The notes beneath the pieces were generated by a model. The model was not told where the DNA came from. It did no database searches and saw nothing but the letters and a program-made list of their open reading frames with translations. This document shows positions 20,401-29,847 of a stretch of DNA of 64,000 nucleotides, one piece after another; positions within the stretch are counted from its first letter, which is position 1; each line of letters opens with the position of its first letter. Location of the stretch: the NCBI GenBank assembly GCA_045646345.1, contig JAZRKN010000015.1, positions 64,001 through 128,000 on the forward strand, read 5' to 3'. The position numbers and the translations under genes are program-made. The DNA comes from Candidatus Scatovivens sp. Its GTDB lineage: Bacteria; Bacillota; Clostridia; TANB77; CAG-508.

Positions 20401-21112
20401 AATATTTTTCTAGTTTATTTCTAATTACTTTTAATGAATTTATTCCATCAATAAGTTCTTCTTGAAGATTTCTTATTAAGATTTCTCCCCATTCACTTTT
20501 TGCAAAGTCTTTCTCATCATCACTTTTAAACATATTAACTTTTTCTAAAAGCCACTCTTTTGGAAATGGAGCACTTTGCATAAATCTATAAATTTTTAGT
20601 ACAATTTCTTTTAATGGTTCATCTCCTCTATAACCTGTATATGTATCTACTAATTTAGCAAAATTTTCATCTTCATCATCATATAATTTTTCAAAAACAT
20701 TTTCTAAAACTTCTTGTTTTAAAAGTTCTATTTCTTCTTCAGCAGCAATTCTAAAATTGGCAGATAAATCAATTTCAAAGAAATTATTTTTAATTACATC
20801 TAAACAAAATGAGTGAATTGTACATATATTAGATTTTCCAAGTAAAATAATTTGTTTTTGTAAATTTTCATTTTCTGGTTCTTCATCTAATTTCTTATAT
20901 ATTGCTTCTAATACTCTTTCACGCATTTCAGATGCTGCTGCATTAGTAAAAGTAACAACTAATAATTTATCAATATCTACACCATCATTTAAAATCTTTT
21001 GAATTATTCTCTCTACTAAAACCGCAGTTTTACCACTACCAGCAGCTGCAGCTACTAGTATATTAGAATCTTTTTTATAAATTGCATCTTGTTGTTCTTT
21101 TGTCCAATTCAC
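17498..21112 (-). CDS. addA: ATP-dependent helicase/nuclease subunit A
   Basis: WTKEQ..AI, AAAGSGKTAVLVERI, TFTNAAASEM, IDEYQD, VGDVKQSIYKFRQA, MSIHKSKGLEF, YVALTRAK, and nuclease QGIIDL...LDYKTD. GTG start. Confidence 0.96.
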   Translation of the reverse strand: MNWTKEQQDAIYKKDSNILVAAAAGSGKTAVLVERIIQKILNDGVDIDKLLVVTFTNAAASEMRERVLEAIYKKLDEEPENENLQKQIILLGKSNICTIHSFCLDVIKNNFFEIDLSANFRIAAEEEIELLKQEVLENVFEKLYDDEDENFAKLVDTYTGYRGDEPLKEIVLKIYRFMQSAPFPKEWLLEKVNMFKSDDEKDFAKSEWGEILIRNLQEELIDGINSLKVIRNKLEKYYELEKYKLTIESDIESFKTLYDATEKSWDLAYGFANEMKLKSWPIDKKIVMDAKDEAKAARDTVKNKLMKIIKEILIYNSEAAFRDIYEMYEILDILKDLIFKFDEEFMKKKRERNIIDFNDIEHYALKILVKKDENGKYVGTDVAKKYREKFEEIAIDEYQDSNQVQEYILGTVSRGNNLFMVGDVKQSIYKFRQACPELFLDKYDRYDLNGNDDGLKIQLFKNFRSRDNVLQITNEVFKTIMSKSLGDIDYTEEEYLNLGANFEPHENSLDIAELDIIDLKDDDSIMAWKDDSEENIKEEEELEDYINQLEKEQIEAQFVVKRIKEIIASKVQVKDKKLGYRDVTYKDIVILLRSTSKLAPIYEKELIKNDIPVFSDSSNEYLDTIEIQTMINLLKILDNPIDDISLVSVLRSEIGTFDDNEIVEIRLCKKDGSFYESLQIAKDELEGKLKEKVNKFLTNLDTWRKESEYLSLAELIWKIYTDTGFYNYAGLMPNGILRQANLKMLFERAKEYEKTSFKGLFNFIMFVERLKSGNSDMSSAKIIGENENVIRIMSIHKSKGLEFPIVFLCSTSKKINMQDLNSNLLLHQKIGIGPQYINYEKMVEYSTSAKDAIKIIIKEESISEEMRILYVALTRAKEKLIITGTSKDHLKELEKKKEILKVYNSKDGKLNPIILKKYISYLDWIELVLLNSEEMKKLVKVNEYSKKDIITKEEEKQIEIREFDFEKEIDFEKYEKEFSWEYINKFATKLPIKSTVSKIKQIQNEGVDFESLEHKDIGIAEIVPKFMDSEDKISASKKGTLMHLFMQKIDLRKIYTKQELEDLKQELIAKRIITENEALSINLFKVQNFLKSKLAERLREAKDIEKEKAFCLKLKAKNIFEDAKDENILVQGIIDLYAIFEDGRILLLDYKTDFVEDGNENILVEKYKNQLRIYKQALEESLNKNVTDVYIYSLYLNKEIKIDV

Positions 21113-21168
21113 TTAAAATTTCTCCTCTTTTAAAATTTACACTCTTATAATAATACAATTTTAATTTT

Positions 21169-21218
21169 TTTTCCACATTTTCTTTAAAATTGCTAATTTA
21201 AAAGAAAAGTTATCCACA
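21169..21218 (+). promoter_or_regulatory. two DnaA-box-like sites in the addA upstream region
   Basis: TTATCCACA at 21210-21218 (perfect consensus) and TTTTCCACA at 21169-21177 (one mismatch). Confidence 0.45.
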
Positions 21219-21273
21219 ATTTATAAAGATGATGTGTTATATCAAGGGTTTGAGAGTTTCTTTTGACTTTATA

Positions 21274-21303
21274 GCATATTTTTCTTTCAAACTGTTCATA
21301 ATA
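21274..21303 (+). promoter_or_regulatory. sigma-G-type (forespore) promoter
   Basis: GCATA-18 nt-CATAATA, 21 nt before the ATG at 21325. Confidence 0.6.
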
Positions 21304-21324
21304 GTATAAAATGGAGGTAAATTT

Positions 21325-21750
21325 ATGGATGATTTAACAATATTAAATGAAATTCACAAAGGAGTTACAACTGGAATGTCTTCTCTTGAAGAAATTTCAA
21401 AGAAAACATCTGATAAAGAATTTAAAGCTGAACTTAGCACACAATATAATAGCTATCAAACAACATTAGATAAAGTAAATGAAGCATTTGATGAAATCGG
21501 TGAAATTCCTGATGATGCTCCAATGGGCCAAAAAATTATGGGATGGACTGGAATTCAATTTAACACTATGAATGACACATCAAATACAAAACTTTCTGAA
21601 CTTTTAATACAAGGATACGATATGGGAGTTATCAAAGGTTTCAAACTTTTAAATCAAAGTCCCGAAGCTACTCAAAGTGTTAAAGATATTTTAAACGGAT
21701 TTATACGATTCCAAGAAAATAGTATCAATCGTTTAAAAAAATTCTTATAA
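21325..21750 (+). CDS. conserved ferritin-like four-helix protein, probably sporulation-expressed
   Basis: RBS GGAGG. The LNEI.KG...G...L / D.S..KLSELLIQG..MG pattern is typical of a clostridial ferritin-like family, and there is a sigG-like promoter. Confidence 0.7.
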   Translation: MDDLTILNEIHKGVTTGMSSLEEISKKTSDKEFKAELSTQYNSYQTTLDKVNEAFDEIGEIPDDAPMGQKIMGWTGIQFNTMNDTSNTKLSELLIQGYDMGVIKGFKLLNQSPEATQSVKDILNGFIRFQENSINRLKKFL

Positions 21751-21774
21751 TTTGTTATTTAATTATTAAGTATA

Positions 21775-21822
21775 AAAATAGAAAAGGATTTAAAGAATAA
21801 TCTTTAAACCCTTTTCTATTTT
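21775..21822. terminator. bidirectional intrinsic terminator
   Basis: aaaatagaaaaggatttaaaga-ataa-tctttaaacccttttctatttt. Confidence 0.75.
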
Positions 21823-21841
21823 ATTTTAATTAATCCCTTTT

Positions 21842-23491
21842 TCAAACTTCATTAGTCACTTGTGTGTTACTTGGAATTTCATCATCATTTGAATCCTCTG
21901 AACCTTCTGGTTTATAATTTGGATCTTTTTCTTTACAATCTGAACAAATTCCTTCAGTAAATGTGTGACCTTTTGCTTTTAATGTTTCTTTGTCCTCTTT
22001 TGTTTCTGAACAAGTTGAATCAGAACATTTATAGTATATTACTCCATTTTGAGTACAAGTTGGTTTATCTTGTGATACTTCTTCCCATGTATGCGTATGT
22101 GCTGGTTGACTTGGAACTGTATTCGTCACTGTATTGTTCTCTACAGTGTTATTTTCATTACCTTGTGATGAATTTGTATTAGTATTAGTATTAGTATTAG
22201 TATTTGTGTTAGTATTAGTATTCTCATCCTCTTTTTCAAACTCTATTGTATTCTCTTTCGAACAAACTTCACAAACTCTTGTCTTTTTACCTTTTTCTGT
22301 ATCAGTTGCTTCTTTTAGAACTTCCCATTCTCCCCATTTATGTTTTCCTGTTGCATTTATAGTAACTGTTTCTTTCTCTCCACAAGAACATGCCATTACT
22401 TTACTTCCATCTTTACCACATGTTTCTTGTATATAGCTATTTTTTACTTCTTCATTATAATCATGAGTATGTTTTGGTGCAGCAACTGTTCCATAATTAA
22501 AGTATGCAATATTCATATCTACCCAACCAGAAATTCCTGGAACAGTTCCTTTACTTGTATATTGCCACATATTAACATTTCCTGTGTAGTCAGTTTTACT
22601 TGTATAATGAGCAAGCCAGAATTTACAATTAAAAGAACTTCTAGACATTCTCTTTGTTATATCACTTTTATTTGCATACATCATAGGTTCATAACCACAT
22701 GATTTTACGTAATTTAAAAATGTATTTGCATTTCTGGTAGCTTCTGCTCCTCCTACATTCACACATCTTTTTGAATTAAAATCTTCAAAATCATATACTA
22801 CTGGGTATGTAATACTATATGGTGATATTTTTTTCACAATCCATGCAGCTTCTTCTAAAGCTTCTGTTTCATTTATTGCAGTCGAATAAAAATATGCTCC
22901 TACTTTTATTCCATTAGCAATAGCACCTTTCATATTTGTTTTAAAATATGCATCTTCATATATTCCGCCAGATGTTTGTCCTCTATATCCAACACGAATA
23001 ATAGCAAATTCAACTCCACTAGCTTTTACTTGTGCCCAATCAATTCTTCCTTGATGATGTGATACATCTATTCCCATTGATTTTTGACCAACATTTTCAA
23101 ACATTGTTTGAGCTTGATTTTGAGAAACTTTATCTCCACCAGTCTTCTTATTTGTTTCAGCATCTTCTGCTGATTTTACTGAAGATACTTTTGATTTTGG
23201 AATTTTAACTTCTTTATCTTTAAATTTTACTACTTCTTCTTTTTCTTTTTCAATTAAAGATTCATCTATTGAATTATCTTTTGCTACCAAAACAACTTCT
23301 TCATTTAATTCTGGTATTACCTCTTCTTGAATCCCAAGTTTTCTTGAAGCTTCTGTTTCAGCGCTAACAATCTCGGTTTTATTTTGATTATTCATTATAA
23401 CTACACCTGCTACAGCACCAATAATCACAATCGGTACTACAACAATTAATATTTTCATTTTTATTGAAAAACTCATAAATTTATCTATCAT
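21842..23491 (-). CDS. membrane-anchored GH25 muramidase with C-terminal His/Cys repeats
   Basis: GIDVSHHQGRIDW, FAIIRVGYRG, YPVVYDFED (D-x-E), WLAHY, WQYTS, VDMN. C-terminal H-x-H...TC...C-x-C(G) repeats. Probable ATG at 23491 after GAGGGAG (track start 23542). Confidence 0.88.
   Translation of the reverse strand: MIDKFMSFSIKMKILIVVVPIVIIGAVAGVVIMNNQNKTEIVSAETEASRKLGIQEEVIPELNEEVVLVAKDNSIDESLIEKEKEEVVKFKDKEVKIPKSKVSSVKSAEDAETNKKTGGDKVSQNQAQTMFENVGQKSMGIDVSHHQGRIDWAQVKASGVEFAIIRVGYRGQTSGGIYEDAYFKTNMKGAIANGIKVGAYFYSTAINETEALEEAAWIVKKISPYSITYPVVYDFEDFNSKRCVNVGGAEATRNANTFLNYVKSCGYEPMMYANKSDITKRMSRSSFNCKFWLAHYTSKTDYTGNVNMWQYTSKGTVPGISGWVDMNIAYFNYGTVAAPKHTHDYNEEVKNSYIQETCGKDGSKVMACSCGEKETVTINATGKHKWGEWEVLKEATDTEKGKKTRVCEVCSKENTIEFEKEDENTNTNTNTNTNTNTNTNSSQGNENNTVENNTVTNTVPSQPAHTHTWEEVSQDKPTCTQNGVIYYKCSDSTCSETKEDKETLKAKGHTFTEGICSDCKEKDPNYKPEGSEDSNDDEIPSNTQVTNEV
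22172..22222 (-). repeat. hexanucleotide tandem repeat (AATACT)n encoding an (Asn-Thr)n linker
   Basis: agtatt units with a few variants, translating to NTNTNTNTNTNTNTNTN inside the GH25 gene. Confidence 0.9.
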
Positions 23492-23579
23492 TTGCATCTC
23501 CCTCGTATTAGTTATTATATCTTTTATACTTAATACGGTCAAGTCCAGTTTTTTCTATAGATTTGTAATTATATTACAT

Positions 23580-24830
23580 TTATATAATCAGATTTGCTTT
23601 TTCTTTTGCAAATTTTTCTATATTTTTTTCTATAATTAATTTTTTAAATGCACTTCTAAGTGTCTTGTTGGTATTTACAGAAAACGAATATGGAATATAC
23701 CAATCAAAAACTACTATAGCATCAATATTTTTATTAGCAATTAAAGTATATTCTTCTAAAAATTGTTTAAATTTTAACATTTTTTTTCGTTCTTCTTTTC
23801 CTTTTGGAGTTAAAAATATTGGTAAAACATATTGCGTTTTAAATTTATTTAACGTATATTCTACGAATCTTACTAAAATCCAATATAAGCAAAATATTAC
23901 TGTTGCATATGCAAGAATTTCTCCAATAAATAACTTATTTTCATATACATTTTCCCACACATTGTACAAAACAAATATATCATAAAATGTTATAGCTCTT
24001 GAAAATATTGGTATCCATTTATTTAACAAATCTAAAATTAGAGTATTGTTAACTTTTATTTTTACTACAAAAAATTTTATAATAACAACCATAAAAATTA
24101 TATTCAATACCACTGTTATTGCATATATCACAATTGGAACAAATTTAATTAATTTTTCATGCAATTCACTCATTGGATAATTTCCAGGTGTCATAGAGAA
24201 AATAAATAAAGCTGTAAATACAGTTGTTGTAACTGGCAATAATATTTCTAATAACATACTTATATAATATATAGTTTTTTGAAGTAATAAAAGACATTTT
24301 TCTTTTTTGCTTTCTTCTTCTATTAATCCTTGTTTTTTTAATTCATTTTTTATTTCCTTTTCAAAAAAGTCAAAATCAAAATACGAATTAAAACCATCCG
24401 AAACTTTCCTAATATATCTTAATACAAAAGCTTCATCTTGAGACAATTTTGCTTTATTTACATTTTCCTCTCTTATACTTACTTTATAATATTCTCCAAC
24501 GGTTTCAAAATTAACAATTTCTTTATATACTAGGTTTAATATATTCGCTAACAAATCTTTTTTGGGTTCCATTTTTCTATCTATTATCATAGAAAAGACT
24601 GCTGGACTATATTTTAAATTTATTTCTCGCATCAATTCAGTATTGTTTATTTTCTCTTTCATATATTCATTTTTTAGTCTTATATTTCTCACTAAATTAA
24701 CTATATATTTAATTATTTTTGGTATTAGAATTATACCTACTTGTATAATCAATATTACCGCAAATACAATCATAAAATTGTATCTTATTTGAGTATCTTT
24801 AAAATCACTATAACTATACATCACCTTCAC
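23580..24830 (-). CDS. DUF2207-like membrane protein
   Basis: YSPAVFS...DLLANILNLV.K, several TMs, LTPKGKEE...LKFKQFLEEYT...WYIPYS. Confidence 0.65.
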   Translation of the reverse strand: MKVMYSYSDFKDTQIRYNFMIVFAVILIIQVGIILIPKIIKYIVNLVRNIRLKNEYMKEKINNTELMREINLKYSPAVFSMIIDRKMEPKKDLLANILNLVYKEIVNFETVGEYYKVSIREENVNKAKLSQDEAFVLRYIRKVSDGFNSYFDFDFFEKEIKNELKKQGLIEEESKKEKCLLLLQKTIYYISMLLEILLPVTTTVFTALFIFSMTPGNYPMSELHEKLIKFVPIVIYAITVVLNIIFMVVIIKFFVVKIKVNNTLILDLLNKWIPIFSRAITFYDIFVLYNVWENVYENKLFIGEILAYATVIFCLYWILVRFVEYTLNKFKTQYVLPIFLTPKGKEERKKMLKFKQFLEEYTLIANKNIDAIVVFDWYIPYSFSVNTNKTLRSAFKKLIIEKNIEKFAKEKANLII

Positions 24831-24913
24831 TCCTTTTTAGGTCATTGTATCAAAACCTTTTTTTTATTTCAATAGTATCTCTAACCCAAAGAAAACTTAA
24901 TGTTTATATAAAT

Positions 24914-24950
24914 AAAAAAGAAGCACAATATAAATTGCACTTCTTTTTTA
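24914..24950 (-). terminator. intrinsic terminator after pheT
   Basis: aaaaaagaagcacaat...attgcacttctttttt hairpin. Confidence 0.6.
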
Positions 24951-24954
24951 TTTA

Positions 24955-27324
24955 TTATTTTCTTAATTCTGCTTTTAAATTTTTCTCTAAAGCTTCAATT
25001 ATTTTTTCCATAATTGGATTTATTTCATCATCTGTTAATGTTTTAGTATTTGATCCAAATGTTAATGAATAAGCCATACTTTTCTTATCTCCTAAAATTG
25101 GATTTGTATAAACATCGAATAATTTAGAACTTACAAGTAAATTTCCTGCAGCTTTTTTGATAACTTTTGAAACTTCATCTGAAGTAATATCTTTATCTAA
25201 TATAACTGCAATATCTTTATTTACTGTTGGATAAATTGAAATTTCTTTAAATTTCATTTTTCCAACTTTTTTTGCTAATAATTTATCTAAATTAATTTCT
25301 AAAACATATACAGCATCTTTTGAAATTTCTGGATGTATTCTACCAATTACACCAACAACTTCTCCGTTTACATTAATTTCAGCAACTTGTCCTGGATGGA
25401 ATTCTTTTAAAGTTTGTTTTGGAAGTACAAAACTATATCTGTTTCCATATCCTAAATAATCTAAAACTTCTTCAGCTACACCTTTAATTATATAGAAATC
25501 TACTTGTTTTGTATTATTTAATCCTAAATAATATTCTCCTGTCATTAAAGCACATAATTTTTTATCTTCACCACGTACTTCAGCTTTTTTCCAGAATCCT
25601 TTTCCTATTTCATATATACAAACATCTTTTGTATAATGAGCTTTATTATATTCATATATTTTATAAAGTGATGGAATTAAACTATATCTTAATGTGTTTC
25701 TTTCTTCTGTCATTGGATCTAATAATTTTAATTCTTCAAACTCATCGTTTGTATATTTATGAACATCTTTATCATTTATTAAAATATAAGATAATGTTTC
25801 ATTTAAACCTAAAGAAATCATTTTATTTCTAATTTCTCTATCTGTTTTATCAACATGCCCCAATTTCATTGGAACAACTGGTAATTTTCCTTGGATATTA
25901 TTTACTCCATAAATTCTTCCAACCTCTTCAATTAAATCTTCTTTAATTGAAATATCAATTCTTCTTGTTGGAACTGTTACTTTAATAACTTCTCCATTTA
26001 CATCTGTTTTGAATGCTAATTTTCTAAATACATCTTGAGTTTCTTCTAAAGATATATTTGTTCCTAATAAATTATTAATATCAGATACTTTAATTTCAAT
26101 TACTTTTTCTTCTTTATTAGAATTATCATATACCACTTTTCCTGTTTGGATACTAGCATCAGCATATTCTTCTAATAATTTAACCGCTCTTTCCATAGCC
26201 ATATATGTTCTGTTTGGATCTAATCCTTTTTCAAAACGATTACTTGCTTCACTTCTAACTACTTTTTTAGATGTTTTTCTAACTCTTACTGAATCAAATA
26301 TAGCAGCTTCTATTAAAACATTTTTTGTTGTTTCTTCTATTTCTGTATCTAATCCACCCATTACACCAGCTAAACCAATAGCTCTATTTCCATCAGAAAT
26401 CACTATATCTGTTTCTTCTAATGTTCTTTCAATTCCATCTAATGTTGTTAATTTTTCACCAGCAGTTGCCATTCTTGTTTCTATAACATTTCCTAATCTA
26501 TCAGCATCATAGAAATGTAGTGGTTGACCACATTCAATCATAACGTAATTACTAATATCAACAACATTATTAATTGGTCTAATTCCACATGCTATAAGTC
26601 TATTTTTAATAAAATCTGGACTTTCTTTTATAGTTACATTTAAAGCTTTTCTAGCTATAAATAACGAACAATTTTCTGTATTTACTTTTACTTCAAATGA
26701 ATTATTTAAATCTTCACCAGCTTCTGAATGAGATAAATCTAATTCTTTTACTGTTTTATCATAAATAGCACCAACTTCATATGCTAAACCTAGCATACTT
26801 AATAAATCTCCTCTATTCGCTGTTAATTCAATATCAATTATTTCATCATCTAATTTTAAATATTTTATTGGATCCTCTCCGATTGGAGCATCATCTGGTA
26901 ATATATGAATTCCATTTCTATCTTCTTCAGATAAATATTTTTTATCTAATCCAATTTCATATAAAGCACAAATCATACCATTTGATTCTTGTCCTCTTAT
27001 AACACCTTTTTTTATTGTTACTTCTGGAAGTTCAGCTCCAGCTTGTGCTAAGATAATTTTTATTCCCGCTCTAACATTTGGAGCACCACAAACTATACTT
27101 AAAACTTCAGTTCCTATATCAACTTTGCAACAATGTAAATGATCTGAATCTGGATGATCAACACATTCTAAAACTTTACCAATTATAAGTTTTGTAGATG
27201 GAATTAATTTTTGAGCCAAATCATATTCATTACCAACTCTTGTTAAGTCTTCTGCTAAAGTTTTGATATCTATATTTTCATCTATATCTACATAATCTTT
27301 TAAGAAATTTTTACTTAATATCAT
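24955..27324 (-). CDS. pheT: phenylalanine--tRNA ligase beta subunit
   Basis: HPDSDHL, IVCGAPNV, ELTANRGD, RPINNVVDISNY, SNRFEKG, EDLIEEVGRIYG, FDX-ACB C-terminus. Confidence 0.97.
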   Translation of the reverse strand: MILSKNFLKDYVDIDENIDIKTLAEDLTRVGNEYDLAQKLIPSTKLIIGKVLECVDHPDSDHLHCCKVDIGTEVLSIVCGAPNVRAGIKIILAQAGAELPEVTIKKGVIRGQESNGMICALYEIGLDKKYLSEEDRNGIHILPDDAPIGEDPIKYLKLDDEIIDIELTANRGDLLSMLGLAYEVGAIYDKTVKELDLSHSEAGEDLNNSFEVKVNTENCSLFIARKALNVTIKESPDFIKNRLIACGIRPINNVVDISNYVMIECGQPLHFYDADRLGNVIETRMATAGEKLTTLDGIERTLEETDIVISDGNRAIGLAGVMGGLDTEIEETTKNVLIEAAIFDSVRVRKTSKKVVRSEASNRFEKGLDPNRTYMAMERAVKLLEEYADASIQTGKVVYDNSNKEEKVIEIKVSDINNLLGTNISLEETQDVFRKLAFKTDVNGEVIKVTVPTRRIDISIKEDLIEEVGRIYGVNNIQGKLPVVPMKLGHVDKTDREIRNKMISLGLNETLSYILINDKDVHKYTNDEFEELKLLDPMTEERNTLRYSLIPSLYKIYEYNKAHYTKDVCIYEIGKGFWKKAEVRGEDKKLCALMTGEYYLGLNNTKQVDFYIIKGVAEEVLDYLGYGNRYSFVLPKQTLKEFHPGQVAEINVNGEVVGVIGRIHPEISKDAVYVLEINLDKLLAKKVGKMKFKEISIYPTVNKDIAVILDKDITSDEVSKVIKKAAGNLLVSSKLFDVYTNPILGDKKSMAYSLTFGSNTKTLTDDEINPIMEKIIEALEKNLKAELRK

Positions 27325-27351
27325 TTTATTTTCCTCTCTTTATTTTCAAAA

Positions 27352-28401
27352 TTATTCTTTATCTTGTCTATCAAATTGTGATAAAAATCTTACATCATTA
27401 GCATAAAGATATCTCATATCTGTAATTCCATATTTAAACATTGCTAATCTATCGATTCCTGTACCAAATGCAAATCCAGAATATTTTTCAGGATCATATC
27501 CATTCATTTCTAAAACTCTTGGATGAACCATACCAGAACCTAAAAGTTCAATCCATCCTGTTTTTTTGCAAAGCGGACAACCTTTTCCACCACATTTAAA
27601 ACAAGTAACATCAACTTCATAAGATGGTTCTGTAAATGGGAAATAACTTGGTCTGAATCTAAGTTCAGTATTTGGTCCTAACATTTTTTTCATAAATACT
27701 TCTAAAGTTCCTTTTAAGTCAGCTAAAGATGTATTTCTATCTTTATAGTCAATTACTAAACCTTCTACTTGATTAAATTGATGAGAGTGAGTTGCATCAT
27801 CTTCTCTTCTATATGTTTTTCCTGTACAAATCATTCTTATTGGAGTTTTTTCTTCATTTGCTAACATTGTTCTTGCTTGAACTGAAGATGTTTGAGTTCT
27901 TAATAAATATTCTTCTGTTATATAAAAACTATCTTGCATATCTCTTGCAGGATGTCCTTGAGGAAGATTTAATCTTTCGAAACAAAATTCATCAGTTTCA
28001 AGTTCAGGTCCATCAACAACATCATATCCCATTGAAACAAATATATCTTGTATTTCTTCAATAACTCTGTTTATTGGGTGTTTACTTCCTCTGATAACTT
28101 TTGTACTTGGGGCTGTTATATCTATTTTTTCACTTTCTAGTTTTGCAGCCATAGCTTTTTCTTTAAAGAATTTTTCTGCGTTACTAATTCTTTCTTCAAT
28201 TTCTTTTCTTGCTTCATTTACCCAAGCTCCAACTTTTGGTCTTTCTTCTTGAGCAACTGCACCTAAACCTTTTAAAAGACTAGATAATTCACTTTTTTTA
28301 CCAAGTAGTTTTACTTTTAACTCTTGTAACTCTTGCAAATCAGCTATTTTTTCAATAGTTTCTTCTGCACTTTTTCGAATTGCTTCGATTTTCTCTTTCA
28401 T
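27352..28401 (-). CDS. pheS: phenylalanine--tRNA ligase alpha subunit
   Basis: HPARDMQDSFY, LLRTQTS, DATHSHQFNQVEG, RFRPSYFPFTEPS, GFAFGTGIDRL. Confidence 0.98.
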   Translation of the reverse strand: MKEKIEAIRKSAEETIEKIADLQELQELKVKLLGKKSELSSLLKGLGAVAQEERPKVGAWVNEARKEIEERISNAEKFFKEKAMAAKLESEKIDITAPSTKVIRGSKHPINRVIEEIQDIFVSMGYDVVDGPELETDEFCFERLNLPQGHPARDMQDSFYITEEYLLRTQTSSVQARTMLANEEKTPIRMICTGKTYRREDDATHSHQFNQVEGLVIDYKDRNTSLADLKGTLEVFMKKMLGPNTELRFRPSYFPFTEPSYEVDVTCFKCGGKGCPLCKKTGWIELLGSGMVHPRVLEMNGYDPEKYSGFAFGTGIDRLAMFKYGITDMRYLYANDVRFLSQFDRQDKE

Positions 28402-28437
28402 TTTGATTCCTCCTAATTTATATAAATTTTTATTAAT

Positions 28438-28690
28438 AACAAAAAAGTCCTATGCGAATCTTCGCATAGGACGATATATTACCGTGTTACCACCTAAATT
28501 CATTAACTTTTTAAGTTAACCTCATTCATAGTTATAACGTAACCAACGTTTAGACCTACTTTTATTTCAATCTAAAAACTCAAAAAGTGAAATTTCAGTA
28601 AATATATTTTTAAGCAAACTTCCAGCGCATCATTTGCTCTCTCTTGAAAAACTATTTATTTACTTACTTTGCTTTTTTCAATCGTTTATT
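28438..28690 (-). promoter_or_regulatory. T-box riboswitch leader (Phe)
   Basis: Stem I AGAGA and GCTGGAA motifs, specifier UUC at 28589-28591, T-box AATTTAGGTGGTAACACG at 28483-28500, and terminator gtcctatgcgaa-ga-ttcgcataggac-TTTTTT at 28441-28472. Confidence 0.92.
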
Positions 28691-28755
28691 TTTATATTAT
28701 GTTAATAATATAGCACACTTATTTTTAAAATTCAAGGCTTATTATCAAATTTATT

Positions 28756-28920
28756 TTATTTTGATGGTCCATCTTGATTTTTATTAACATCTCTTTCAGC
28801 TTGTTCTTTAGCTTTTCTATCAATATTAAAAACATATTGAATTCCTGGTTGTAATGGAACTTCTTTAGTCCCTTGTGCTCCATCAGCCCATGCTTTGTTT
28901 ATTTGTTCACGTAAATCCAT
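28756..28920 (-). CDS. small hypothetical protein, 54 aa (below ORF-track cutoff)
   Basis: MDLREQINKAWADGAQGTKEVPLQPGIQYVFNIDRKAKEQAERDVNKNQDGPSK. AGGATG RBS-like site, 26 nt after the upstream stop. Confidence 0.65.
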   Translation of the reverse strand: MDLREQINKAWADGAQGTKEVPLQPGIQYVFNIDRKAKEQAERDVNKNQDGPSK

Positions 28921-28946
28921 TTTTTCCACATCCTAATTTTCTATTT

Positions 28947-29834
28947 TTAGCCCTTTACATTACTCAATTCATTAGTTTTAAAATTTTCTATTCTTGAGTT
29001 TAATGGTTCTATAATTGTTGTTTCTACTACTTTTGCTGTATTAAATCTACTTGCAAAAAAACTTGTTATTTTCTTTATAACTCTTGGTTTTCTAATAATT
29101 GTTGTCACTTCTTTAGAACCTACTTCCATAGCCTCCATTATTGATTTTTTCTTTTGCTCATTAATTCTTTGAATTTCTGAATTAATTAAAGTAATTTCTT
29201 TTTCAACTTTCTTAGAAAATTCATCGTTATTTATTCTATCTATTTTTCTTTTTTCAATTTTACTTGAAAATTGTTCTTCTATTTCTATAACAACATCTTG
29301 TTGATCCATCAATTTAGAGATTTCTAATGGATCAATAGATTCAAGTTTTTCACTTTTCTTATTTTTAAATCTTTCTATTACAGATTTTATACTATCTTTT
29401 ACTGAACTTTTTACTTTATCATTTTCTTTTTTATCTGTACTATCTTCTAAGTCTTCTTTTAAGTACTCCGCATTTAAAATTGTACCAATTAAACTTGATT
29501 CTAATTCTACTTTTCTTAAAATTAATTGTTCAATTTTCCCATCATAAAATTGACTAAGTTCTATTAAAGCTTGTTCATAAGACGCCAAAGACTCTGTAAC
29601 TAGTTTTTTCGTTTCATCATAATTTTTTGAACCCTCTTTAAATTTAGGATTTATATTATATATGCTAGTTTTTATTGAATTCATTTGTGAATTTACTTTT
29701 TCACTAATTGTTTCTGTTGAATCTCTATCAACTAATGCTCTACTTACCAACGCATTAGTTTTTACTTGAGTTTCAGTTTCTGTGTACAATCTTTTTAAAT
29801 TCACACAAATTTCTTGATTTGTTAAATTTTCCAA
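28947..29834 (-). CDS. hypothetical coiled-coil protein (295 aa)
   Basis: TTG start with RBS AAGGGGG, and heptad-rich charged sequence. Confidence 0.75.
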   Translation of the reverse strand: MENLTNQEICVNLKRLYTETETQVKTNALVSRALVDRDSTETISEKVNSQMNSIKTSIYNINPKFKEGSKNYDETKKLVTESLASYEQALIELSQFYDGKIEQLILRKVELESSLIGTILNAEYLKEDLEDSTDKKENDKVKSSVKDSIKSVIERFKNKKSEKLESIDPLEISKLMDQQDVVIEIEEQFSSKIEKRKIDRINNDEFSKKVEKEITLINSEIQRINEQKKKSIMEAMEVGSKEVTTIIRKPRVIKKITSFFASRFNTAKVVETTIIEPLNSRIENFKTNELSNVKG

Positions 29835-29847
29835 AGCTTTGCCCCCT

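Noticed and set aside
21169-21218. Replication origin
   Set aside because: There are only two DnaA-like boxes, no dnaA/dnaN nearby, and gene strand bias does not switch.
22172-22222. Short tandem repeat as a CRISPR array or phase-variation switch
   Set aside because: It has a 6-bp unit with no spacers, and copy-number changes would stay in frame.
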